Source: Pirellula staleyi DSM 6068
GTDB taxonomy: Bacteria > Planctomycetota > Planctomycetia > Pirellulales > Pirellulaceae
Assembly (NCBI GenBank): GCA_000025185.1
Contig: CP001848.1
Span: 3,630,001 to 3,662,000 of the forward strand
Direction of reading: 5' to 3'
DNA: 32,000 bases
Below, piece after piece: positions 18,510 to 26,665 of this stretch; position 1 is the stretch's first letter, and every line of letters begins with the position of its first letter. Both the position numbers and the translations under genes were made by a program. The notes beneath the pieces are model-generated. The model was not told the origin of the DNA. It made no database searches and saw nothing but the letters and a program-made list of their open reading frames with translations.

Positions 18510-19226
18510 TCACTGGGGGCGAGGCTGAACTAGGTATCGCCGCGCTGCATCGAGTTCGTTCTGCACCGGCGGATCGGTATGGATTTGTAGCGGATGCGAT
18601 TGCGGCAGACCAAAGCCACGTTTGCCAACCAGCAGCGCTTCGCCGCTCCAATGCGTCATAAATTTTTCGGCCGACATGCGGACGTTGCCGCGCAGCGGAT
18701 CGGCAAGGAAAACGCGATCATCAACCGATCCTTTGAGCACCACAAAATGCTTGAATTCCTCGCGCACTAGTCGCACGATGACCGGCGCTTTGAGCCCCGG
18801 AATCTTGTCGGCAGGAAGTCGAATGACGGCTGCTAAATAACCCAATGCCTTGCAGCACAGGAACAGATCGTTCATCGAGAGACCGTTCTCCTGGCGATCC
18901 TTCACCTCATCGGCTTCCATCTTGCCGAGGATCTCTTTCAGGATCTTCGCTTCGCTAATGTCGTCTTGAAAGTAGTACTGAAAAATTGTCGCAAGCGTGG
19001 CAGCTCCGCAGGAATAGTCCTGCGCTTGCATCACGACATTTTCGCGCTGCAAGCTGGTCCAGCTACGAACCGACTTGCGAGCCAAAGGCTGTTTGGGACT
19101 TCGAAGAATCGGCACCTCGAGTGGTGTGTCGGCGAGTGTCGCTTGCGCACCTGCCAGTGGGAGCACGAGGACTACAGCGGCGAGAAATGCTCGGCGCTCG
19201 AGCCGGTCGTTGGATTGTCGGCGCAT
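18510..19226 (-). CDS. Exported stand-alone C39-family cysteine peptidase
   Basis: The track ORF runs to 19292. The ATG at 19226 gives MRRQSNDRLERRAFLAAVVLVLPLAGAQA, which contains an RRxFL twin-arginine-like signal. The C39 core is complete: Gln/Cys MQAQDYSCGAATL (Cys codon 19008-19010), His KHFVVLKG (18747-18749) and Asp VFLADP. No ABC transporter domain is fused. Confidence 0.8.
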   Translation of the reverse strand: MRRQSNDRLERRAFLAAVVLVLPLAGAQATLADTPLEVPILRSPKQPLARKSVRSWTSLQRENVVMQAQDYSCGAATLATIFQYYFQDDISEAKILKEILGKMEADEVKDRQENGLSMNDLFLCCKALGYLAAVIRLPADKIPGLKAPVIVRLVREEFKHFVVLKGSVDDRVFLADPLRGNVRMSAEKFMTHWSGEALLVGKRGFGLPQSHPLQIHTDPPVQNELDAARRYLVQPRPQ

Positions 19227-19230
19227 CGCT

Positions 19231-20802
19231 CTACTCCTCGCACTTCCAGCGTGTGTCGCGGGTCCGAATAAAGAAAACTCCGAGGAAGACATCGGGGGCG
19301 TCCTCTGTCAGGCCAAATGCGACAAACGGCTGCACGCTTCGATCGGCGCACTTGCGGCGTGTGATACTGAACTGCAGCAAAATGGGCTCTGCTGTCGAGT
19401 TCGGAATCCCCACATCATTGACGAGCGCCGCCGATGTAAACTCCCCAAAGAGTTCGGCCGAAACTGCCAGGTCGTCGTTGAGCGACATGCCCATCCCAAA
19501 GCTGTACGAGAACGTCTCGCCCGGCGTGATGATCAGACCATCAAACTCATTTTCGAATTCGTGTCGATATCCGATGCCGCCGAACAGTACGACGGGGTCG
19601 TACGACTTCACTGCGTTGAGGTTCACGCTAATGCTCCAAAACCCGCTTCCGAGCGATGCGGTATTCACGCTAGGTCCAAAAGGTGTGCTCCCTGTTGGAG
19701 CCGAGCACTGCATGCTGTAGATCAAGTCGGGCGAGCACTCAGTTTGCTGACAAATCTGCCACAGAAAACCGGCACTGATATCTCCGAGGCCACCTCGCGT
19801 GGTGAAATCGTTTGCGCCACTATTCGAGCGCTCGAAATTGGCGACACCGACCGGGAGAGTGCAAAAGATCTCCAGTTTGTCGCTCCAACCATAACGAGCC
19901 GTGAGTGGGACTTGCAGTTGACGTTCGCGAACGCGCTCGAGTTCGATCGTAGAATCGGGCAAGATCGTGATCACGTCGGCCTGCTGCCAGGAATAGGTGA
20001 AGCCATACTCGGTCTGCAGAACCCCTTGTCCGAGCAAGCTCGACGATTGACGCAAAAACACTTGGCTGATGTCGACCGGCGCTTCTCCCAGTGGCTGTTC
20101 CACAAGAGCTTCGCTGGCGACCGCAGCGGCTGTGCCCGAAGCAATTTCCGCTGCTGGTGCTGGCTGCGACACCAGCCAAGGATCGTGACGAATGCCCGGA
20201 AGTGGTGGAGGACCGAACCACCGATTGGTGGATGCTTCGGGACTCAGTTGAGGTGCCATGCTTGGTGGCACAGGTGAAATCGGGGCCCGCTGATTCACCA
20301 TCGCCTCCCAATCGGCATAGTTGGTCGGTGGTGCAGTGGTGGCGGGCGATGTGTTCGTTCGCTGGTCGTTTGGCAGCGGTTGCTCTACCACCGGAAGAGG
20401 CTGAAGGTTATCTGCCGGGTCCACCGGTGGCATACGAACCGGTTTCAGTGGATCGCTGATCGATGGAGCGTCAGATGGCGATCCGTTGCGAGCCGCTGGT
20501 CGCTCGATCCCGATTGGCCCAATTTCAGAGACCGGAGGGAGTCGTTCCAGTCGTTTTTCAGAACTCGGAATACCGAGAAACTGGCTTGAGTTTTGGGTGT
20601 CGGCTGAATCGCGAGAGGTGTCGTGTGCGGCAACTTCTATCGGCGCAAAGAGTTCAGTCGTTGGGCCTGCGCCGGAACCCAGCCCACTCGGTTCATCAAC
20701 GACGGGAGGCAAGCGTAGTATCTCGCCGTCGGCAGCAATCGACAAACTTGCCATCAGGCAAGCCGCCACCGCTGCCACGCATTGCGTGGTGAAAGAGGAC
20801 AT
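19231..20802 (-). CDS. Outer-membrane beta-barrel protein with long disordered N-terminal extension (transporter/MetA-pathway-like barrel, putative)
   Basis: 523 aa with an ATG start. A signal-like N-terminus (VAAVAACLMASLSIA/AD) is followed by about 230 aa of Pro/Ser/Ala-rich sequence carrying four RLPPV-type motifs. The C-terminal ~270 aa has an amphipathic strand pattern, a GLGD motif (TTRGGLGDISAGFLW) and a near-terminal LGVFF. Its stop lies 4 nt before the C39 gene start. Confidence 0.7.
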   Translation of the reverse strand: MSSFTTQCVAAVAACLMASLSIAADGEILRLPPVVDEPSGLGSGAGPTTELFAPIEVAAHDTSRDSADTQNSSQFLGIPSSEKRLERLPPVSEIGPIGIERPAARNGSPSDAPSISDPLKPVRMPPVDPADNLQPLPVVEQPLPNDQRTNTSPATTAPPTNYADWEAMVNQRAPISPVPPSMAPQLSPEASTNRWFGPPPLPGIRHDPWLVSQPAPAAEIASGTAAAVASEALVEQPLGEAPVDISQVFLRQSSSLLGQGVLQTEYGFTYSWQQADVITILPDSTIELERVRERQLQVPLTARYGWSDKLEIFCTLPVGVANFERSNSGANDFTTRGGLGDISAGFLWQICQQTECSPDLIYSMQCSAPTGSTPFGPSVNTASLGSGFWSISVNLNAVKSYDPVVLFGGIGYRHEFENEFDGLIITPGETFSYSFGMGMSLNDDLAVSAELFGEFTSAALVNDVGIPNSTAEPILLQFSITRRKCADRSVQPFVAFGLTEDAPDVFLGVFFIRTRDTRWKCEE

Positions 20803-21267
20803 CCGTGCGCCCCGCCGACGTCAGGTCTTATTGCGAACGATCCCCTGCCAAGGCAAGCACCGAATGCCAATTCCCATCGGCCAGCGACGTTATTCAAGAT
20901 GGAAACGTCGGCTGCAGTGCTTGTCGATCGATCGCTCCTGACGAGCGGCATCCCTTGTCGCGTTTCATCGACCGCTAGGAGCGCGTCAGATTCGCACACC
21001 GCTCAAAGTACGGGTAGTTCCGAATGGTGGTATCCAACGTATTGTTGCTATCAGTCCGCATTTGACGGATGTTCCGAGGAAGACAGCCTTATTAAAAAAG
21101 CGAAACACATCCCACAGCAGGGACTTACGTCGAATTACAATCCAGTGCAGTTCGCCACTCCCTGCTGGAAACGTCGCACGAAATGGTTGACAATACCCTC
21201 GCACATTCGTTCTAACCTTAGGCCAAATCGGTCGTTCCCCCCCAACGCACTTTGGCCGCTACTGCAG

Positions 21268-22335
21268 ATGATCATGCGTCGTCGTTCTGGCCCCGAAACC
21301 AACCTCGAGCAGAGCGACAACGTCGTTTTGTTTCCTTCGCTGGCGCATCGCACGCCCGATGGAAGCGCCTGGCAAGTGCAGGTCCATGGCGAGGTTTTTT
21401 CGATTGGGAAAGTCGGCCTCACCAAGCGATTCCTACTCTCGCTGCTAAAGCGGGCGATGGGGGCCTGCGAAGCCGAATTCCAGGGGGAAACGTTTCAGCG
21501 CCGCATCTCGCGATTCGTGGCCAACGACGGTGGAGGCAAACGTGTCGCCGTTGCCGTCGGTGACGAAACGCACTTGCTTCCCAAATCATCGCGCAGCAAC
21601 GGCCACTTCCTCGGAACCATTGTCCTTTCCGATGCGGAAATCGCGCAGCTGGCCGAGTCGGGCTATGTCCGCAACGGGCTCCTCGAACTGGGGATTCGCA
21701 GCGCAGCGGGCGAGCGTGCTCCGTTCCAAGGTCGCGTGCACCTTGTTGAGCAGCAAGGGCTGAGCGTCATTTCCGATATCGACGACACGCTGAAACACTC
21801 GGAAGTTCTCAGCCGACAAACGCTCCTTCGCAACACGTTTTTGAACACGTTTCAATCGGTCGAGGGGATGTCCGCCGTCCTGAAACGATGGGAGCAGGAA
21901 GGGGCGCAGTTTCACTATGTCTCTTCGAGCCCTTGGCAGCTCTTTTCGCACCTTCAGGAACTTTTCCTCCAGGAGGGTTTTCCGCAGGGGTCGTTTCACT
22001 TGCGAGCGTTCCGTCTGCGCGACCATTTGATTCGCCGCATTCTGATGCTGCGTCGCTCCGGCAAAGGAGCCGTCATTCGCAACATCATCAGTGTCTTTCC
22101 GCAGCGAAAATTTGTCCTGATCGGTGACTCGGGAGAACACGACCCCGAGATCTACGCCCAAATGGCCCGCAAGTTTCCCGATCAAATCACCAAGATTTTG
22201 ATTCGCGACCTCGGTGGAAAAAACAGCACACCGGCTCGTTTTCAGTACCTCGAGCGTTATCTGAAACCGGGCGTTTTTCAGCTCTACAAGCACGCGAACG
22301 AACTCCCCGATCTCTCCTCGCTGCAGCAGTGGTAG
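21268..22335 (+). CDS. App1-like phosphatidate phosphatase / DUF2183 family protein
   Basis: The track ORF starts at 20782, but the first 162 aa do not look like protein. The ATG at 21268 gives MIMRRRSGPE... It has the HAD-like DxDxT motif (VISDIDDTLKHSEV), YVSSSPWQLF and LIGDSGEHDPEIY. Confidence 0.8.
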   Translation: MIMRRRSGPETNLEQSDNVVLFPSLAHRTPDGSAWQVQVHGEVFSIGKVGLTKRFLLSLLKRAMGACEAEFQGETFQRRISRFVANDGGGKRVAVAVGDETHLLPKSSRSNGHFLGTIVLSDAEIAQLAESGYVRNGLLELGIRSAAGERAPFQGRVHLVEQQGLSVISDIDDTLKHSEVLSRQTLLRNTFLNTFQSVEGMSAVLKRWEQEGAQFHYVSSSPWQLFSHLQELFLQEGFPQGSFHLRAFRLRDHLIRRILMLRRSGKGAVIRNIISVFPQRKFVLIGDSGEHDPEIYAQMARKFPDQITKILIRDLGGKNSTPARFQYLERYLKPGVFQLYKHANELPDLSSLQQW

Positions 22336-22401
22336 TCGTTCCCCGATACGACCCTCACCGCACGCTACTGGCTATTTTCTGCTCGCGAAAGTTAGCTCCG
22401 G

Positions 22402-23139
22402 ATGACCTCCTTGCCGTTTGAGATTCTGCTGGAAGATAGCGCCGTTCTGGTGGTGAACAAGCCTGCGGGAATCCTCACGCAGGCGCCGCTCGGTATCGAC
22501 AGCCTCGAATGGCAAATCAAACGATACCTGCAATCCACGGAGAAATCGGAAGTCCCCTATCTCGGGGTTCCGCATCGTCTCGATCGACCGGTATCGGGCT
22601 GCATTTGCTTTGCGAAGAACCAAAAAGCGGCACGCAAAATCTCGCAGCAGTTCGAAGCTCGTTTAGTTCAGAAAACCTACTGGGCCCTCGTCTCGGGAAT
22701 CGTTCATCCAACCCGCAGCACTTGGGTCGACCACCTCAAGAAACTCGATGGCGAGCCACGCACGATCGTGGTCGACGAGCGTGATCCGGAGGGAAAAAAC
22801 GCGATCTTGCACTATGAACTGCTCGAGACTCGCGAAGGCCGTTCGCTCCTCGCAATCACGCTCGAAACGGGTCGAACGCATCAAATTCGAGTGCAGTGCG
22901 GTTCACGCGGATTTCCGCTCCTCGGGGATCGACTGTATGGGAGCGCTGAACCATTTGGACCACTAGCGGCTGATGAGCGCGATCAACTCATCGCGCTGCA
23001 TGCCCGCACGCTCGCGTTTCGGCATCCTGTGACAAAAGAAGACCTGATCTTTACCGCCCAGGTCCCTGCCATCTGGTCTCCATTTGGGCTCGAGACCATT
23101 GCCACCAGTCGGCCAGATTCAGGTGCAGTTGCGTCGTAA
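22402..23139 (+). CDS. RluA-family RNA pseudouridine synthase
   Basis: 245 aa. It has VVNKPAGIL, the catalytic-Asp motif PHRLDRPVSG and GRTHQIRVQ. There is no S4 domain. Confidence 0.9.
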   Translation: MTSLPFEILLEDSAVLVVNKPAGILTQAPLGIDSLEWQIKRYLQSTEKSEVPYLGVPHRLDRPVSGCICFAKNQKAARKISQQFEARLVQKTYWALVSGIVHPTRSTWVDHLKKLDGEPRTIVVDERDPEGKNAILHYELLETREGRSLLAITLETGRTHQIRVQCGSRGFPLLGDRLYGSAEPFGPLAADERDQLIALHARTLAFRHPVTKEDLIFTAQVPAIWSPFGLETIATSRPDSGAVAS

Positions 23140-23261
23140 AAACAGTTCGCACTCGCTGAAATTGAGGTATACTTTCGATTGCTGTACGAGCCCTTAAGGG
23201 GTGCTGGTTTGCCCAAGCATGGGCTAGAACGACCGTCCCGCTCGCAGTAGCCCACCTTTCA

Positions 23262-23282
23262 GGAGGCCGCACCTCCATTTTT
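23262..23282 (+). terminator. Short GC hairpin plus T-run downstream of the RluA-family gene (weak terminator candidate)
   Basis: ggagg-ccgca-cctcc followed by attttt. The stem is only 5 bp. A competing pairing ggccgca...tgcggcc is also possible. Confidence 0.3.
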
Positions 23283-23385
23283 AGCTGCGGCCGGTTTGTC
23301 TCATTTCGCTAGGATCTCGAGCCTCGCGCACGCTTAACCTCCGTGCAATGGGCACACGGCTCCTCCCGCTTGAAGGATTTTCTGA

Positions 23386-24654
23386 ATGCCATTGTCGCAA
23401 GTTTCTCGTCGATCTTTTCTCGTCACCACCGCAGCGGCTTCAACTGTTTTTGCCGCGCCGCTCGTTCTCCCACGCAGCGTGTTTGGCGCTAACGAGCGAA
23501 TCATCACCGGCCACATTGGTGTCGGTGGTCAAGGTAAATCCAACCTTGGTGGATTTATGAACAACGTCGCAGCCATTTGCGACGTCGATTCCAACCGCAT
23601 TGCTGCGGTTGCCAAGATGCTCGAAGAGAAGGGGAAGACGGTCGAAACTTTTGGCGACTATCGCAAGCTGCTCGATCGCAAGGATCTTGATGCTGTTGTC
23701 ATCAGCACCCCCGATCACTGGCACGCGCTCCACACCATCCATGCCTGCCAAGCGGGCAAAGATGTTTACTGCGAAAAGCCGCTGTCGCTCACCATCACCG
23801 AAGGTCGCAAGATGGTCGAAGCCGCTCGCGCCAACAGCCGCGTGGTACAAACCGGATCCCAGCAGCGCAGCGATGCCAAATTCCGCCAAGCCTGCGAGCT
23901 AGTGCGAAGTGGTCGCCTCGGCAAGATTTCGACCGTTCTCGTGGGTATCCCTGGCCCGAATCATCCTGGACAGCTAGGGCCCGATGGAGATCCACCTCCC
24001 GAGCTGAACTACGAAATGTGGCTTGGCCCAGCTCCGCAGCGTCCATACAACACCAAGCGAGTCCACTACAACTTCCGCTTCTTCTGGGACTACTCCGGTG
24101 GTCAGATGACCAACTTTGGTGCCCACCATATCGACATTGCTCAGTGGGGACTTGGCATGGACGAGAGTGGCCCCATCTCGACCGAAGGCGAGGCGACTTT
24201 CCATCCTCAGAAGTATCACGAAGTGACTGAAACCTGCCGCATCACGCACACCTATGCCAATGGAGTGACGGTGGTCGTCGGGCAGAAGCAGAGCGATATT
24301 CCTCAAGGGGCTACATTCATTGGCGAGAAGGGAAAAATCTTCGTCACCCGTGGCAAGATCACCAGCGATCCCGAATCGATCTTGAAAGAGCCACTAGCGG
24401 CCGACGATGTTCACCTCTACGTCAGCAAGAGCCATCACGGTAACTTCCTCGACTGCATCAAGACCCGCGAGAAACCGATTTGCGACGTCGAAATCGGCCA
24501 CCGCAGTGCGACGGTTTGTCACCTTGGAAACATTGCGGCTCGTTTAGGCCGTAAAATCCAGTGGGACCCAGCTGCTGAGAAAATCGTTGGTGACGACGAA
24601 GCTGCCGCTATGGTTGCTCGTCCTTATCGCGAGCCTTGGAAGCTCGAAGGTTAA
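23386..24654 (+). CDS. Tat-exported Gfo/Idh/MocA family oxidoreductase
   Basis: 422 aa. It has a twin-arginine signal (MPLSQVSRRSFLVTTAAASTVFAAP), a Rossmann start ITGHIGVGGQGKSN and the EKPL motif (VYCEKPLSLT). Confidence 0.9.
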   Translation: MPLSQVSRRSFLVTTAAASTVFAAPLVLPRSVFGANERIITGHIGVGGQGKSNLGGFMNNVAAICDVDSNRIAAVAKMLEEKGKTVETFGDYRKLLDRKDLDAVVISTPDHWHALHTIHACQAGKDVYCEKPLSLTITEGRKMVEAARANSRVVQTGSQQRSDAKFRQACELVRSGRLGKISTVLVGIPGPNHPGQLGPDGDPPPELNYEMWLGPAPQRPYNTKRVHYNFRFFWDYSGGQMTNFGAHHIDIAQWGLGMDESGPISTEGEATFHPQKYHEVTETCRITHTYANGVTVVVGQKQSDIPQGATFIGEKGKIFVTRGKITSDPESILKEPLAADDVHLYVSKSHHGNFLDCIKTREKPICDVEIGHRSATVCHLGNIAARLGRKIQWDPAAEKIVGDDEAAAMVARPYREPWKLEG

Positions 24655-24717
24655 GCCTTGCTACGTTCGGGCAAGTTCATCCAGCAAGGATGCTACAGAA
24701 GAGTTTGAGGAAGCCGG

Positions 24718-24918
24718 ATGAACTACTGGACGGGGAGCATTTGCAATCATTGCCGCTGGATGCGCGAAATCATCAGCGGCAAAGGTTCGCGATTCTTAAT
24801 GTGCACGCGATCATCTGTCGATGATCGCTTCTCGAAGTATCCCCCTCAGCCGATGCAGCGCTGTGTGGGGCATGAGCCGCCATTGCCTGGTGAACAGGCC
24901 GCTGAGAAACCCGAGTAG
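24718..24918 (+). CDS. Small conserved Cys4 protein (hypothetical)
   Basis: 66 aa. The ATG is preceded by GAGGAAG at 5-nt spacing. The sequence is C-x2-C...SGKGSRFLMC...FSKYPPQPMQRC. As I recall, this SG+GSRFL.C / KYPPQP pattern recurs in short uncharacterised proteins of several phyla. Confidence 0.55.
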   Translation: MNYWTGSICNHCRWMREIISGKGSRFLMCTRSSVDDRFSKYPPQPMQRCVGHEPPLPGEQAAEKPE

Positions 24919-24929
24919 CGATGCATCGC

Positions 24930-25853
24930 CTATCTCGCGGTTTGTGCCAGTAGCTGCTCGACCCGTTTTAGCTCGATCGATGCACCATCTTCCCAAGGCT
25001 TCTCTGCGTGAGCTGCTGCTGCCGCAACGCCAAACTTCAGTGCATGCGGCACGTCACGCGTGCGAAGATAGGCTGCGGTATAGGCTCCGTGCAAAACGTC
25101 GCCGCAACCTGTTGTGCGCTGTGCGATCACACGAATTGCAGGCATCTGTTTTGGCTTCGCGGTGGATCGATCGCGATAGTACAAACCTTCGTTGCCGCAT
25201 GAGATGGCGACCACCTGTCGCGCGTTGGTCCAAAGAGCATCGCAGGCCGCCGCAGGGCTTGATGTCGCAGTAATGCGCAGCGCGAATTCGCGGGCGAGAA
25301 TCAGATGATCGACGAGCGATAAAAGCTCCACGAATTCAGCGCGAGCGTCGTGCTCGAAATCTGCCACGATCGGAATCGACGCAGCTGCCGCGATGCGAGC
25401 CGCGCGAAGCATCCCCTCCATGCCAAAGTGATCGATGAGCAGCAGATCGCTGCTGCTGATCTCCTCCTCTACAGGCCACGTTTCACTCGCCGGCGCGCAG
25501 TCCTCGAGGTTGTAGAGGACGGTGCGTGAATGGGTCGCTTCGCTTTCGAGGATGACCGAGCGGATCGGCTGCGATGTTTCATCACGCTGGACGAGGCGTG
25601 TATCGACGCCCGATCGCAGCAGCGCTTGCAGCACAAGCTCTGCTTCGCTGCTTGTTCCCAGCTTTCCTGCGTACTTTACCTTCGCACCGAGCGCCGCTGC
25701 TGCTCGCGCTGCTGTTCCGATACAGCCACCGACAACGCGGTACTCGCGGACCACGCGCGATTTACTATCCTCGCGAGGAAATGCCTCAGTCACCAGCACG
25801 TGATCGACAGCCACGGCTCCCATGGCCAGGATCGTGGGCCTTGGAGTCATCAC
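24930..25853 (-). CDS. PfkB/ribokinase-family carbohydrate kinase
   Basis: 307 aa. It has GGCIGTAARAAAALG (GG/N-A motif region) and the C-terminal TTGCGDVLHGAY (DTxGAGD-type motif). Start is GTG at 25853 or ATG at 25850; both overlap the upstream gene's TGA at 25850-25852. Confidence 0.85.
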   Translation of the reverse strand: MMTPRPTILAMGAVAVDHVLVTEAFPREDSKSRVVREYRVVGGCIGTAARAAAALGAKVKYAGKLGTSSEAELVLQALLRSGVDTRLVQRDETSQPIRSVILESEATHSRTVLYNLEDCAPASETWPVEEEISSSDLLLIDHFGMEGMLRAARIAAAASIPIVADFEHDARAEFVELLSLVDHLILAREFALRITATSSPAAACDALWTNARQVVAISCGNEGLYYRDRSTAKPKQMPAIRVIAQRTTGCGDVLHGAYTAAYLRTRDVPHALKFGVAAAAAHAEKPWEDGASIELKRVEQLLAQTAR

Positions 25854-26665
25854 GCCGCCTCGCGCCGCTGTTTGGTGCTCGTTTGCTTCAGCAATCTGTC
25901 GATGGCACTTGCCGCATCACTGGTCAGGCACGGGAGCGGAAGCACAAGCTGAAACATGCCTGCGACAGCAGCCTCGACATCCTGAGGCATCGAAAACGAT
26001 TGAAACAAAACGCGGCTTCTGTTTCCGGCCACCTTCGTCGGGAAATCGCAGGTGTCGTCGAAAAATTCGATAGTCTGGCCGCTAGCCACCGCTCCAGCGC
26101 GAGGTAGCTGCCAAACGGCAGCCAAACCGCAAACAGCCGCGATATCGGCGAGCATCTCGAAGCGGATCTTCGACCGCGTATGCACCACCGCAAGCCCGCG
26201 CATCGGCGGTTGCTTCACGAGCGGCTGTGCCACGAGTCGATCGGTCATGGTCTCTAACTGCGAGGCGGGACTTCCGCGATGCGACTCCTCGAGGATGCGA
26301 GAGATACTTGTAATCTGATGCCAAGCGATTCGCGAGATTCCAGTCGGCTTACGATCGCGACGAGCAGGGCCCGAGAGCCACGGACCTTCGATGGCGATGA
26401 TCCGGAGCAAAGGCTCGCGCTGGGCGAGTTCGAACATCAGCGGCGCTTGCCAATCGATTGGCGTTTCGATCATCGCAAGGATCGCTCTTGGCAAATGCGT
26501 TTCGCTCTCGAGGCGGGCTGCAGCAGTGCTCCAGTCTGGTAGTAACTCTGCGATGCCGTCGGTGGCAATCGCCGCCTGAACTGCCTTCGCCAGAGGGCTT
26601 GGTGATCGACCGACGATCCACACATGGCGTGAAGCAGCGGTAGGATGCGTACTCAGGCGTTTCAT
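25850..26665 (-). CDS. Hypothetical protein, possibly tandem degenerate receiver-like (flavodoxin-fold) domains
   Basis: 271 aa. Its ATG at 26665 overlaps the upstream stop (ATGA), and its stop overlaps the PfkB start. Two segments show a beta-alpha alternation (HVWIVGRS...AILAMIETP...LRIIAIEG and GLAVVHTRS...TIEFFDDT...). I recognise no signature motif. Confidence 0.55.
   Translation of the reverse strand: MKRLSTHPTAASRHVWIVGRSPSPLAKAVQAAIATDGIAELLPDWSTAAARLESETHLPRAILAMIETPIDWQAPLMFELAQREPLLRIIAIEGPWLSGPARRDRKPTGISRIAWHQITSISRILEESHRGSPASQLETMTDRLVAQPLVKQPPMRGLAVVHTRSKIRFEMLADIAAVCGLAAVWQLPRAGAVASGQTIEFFDDTCDFPTKVAGNRSRVLFQSFSMPQDVEAAVAGMFQLVLPLPCLTSDAASAIDRLLKQTSTKQRREAA

Noticed and set aside
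19075-20277. 400-aa plus-strand ORF, and the 244-aa ORF at 18986-19720
   Set aside because: Both are antisense to the barrel and C39 genes. They are Arg-rich, have no signal peptide or motif, and are out of keeping with the tight operon structure on the minus strand.
20925-20934. cgatcgatcg palindrome, with recurrent CGATCG/GCGATCGC sites elsewhere (e.g. near 8561 and 11571)
   Set aside because: It could hint at a HIP1-like over-represented palindrome or a methylation motif. I cannot compute observed/expected counts by eye. In Asp/Arg/Ser/Ile-rich GC-biased coding DNA such sites arise often. A k-mer enrichment calculation would be needed.
20782-21267. 162-aa N-terminal extension of the App1-like ORF as drawn in the track
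   Set aside because: The translated extension (…SHRPATLFKMETSAAV…WWYPTYCCYQS…) has no protein-like pattern and overlaps the barrel gene start. I treat the region as intergenic and start the gene at the ATG at 21268.
21586-22293. 235-aa minus-strand ORF
   Set aside because: It is antisense to the App1/DUF2183 gene, whose DxDxT and GDSGEHD motifs define the plus-strand frame.
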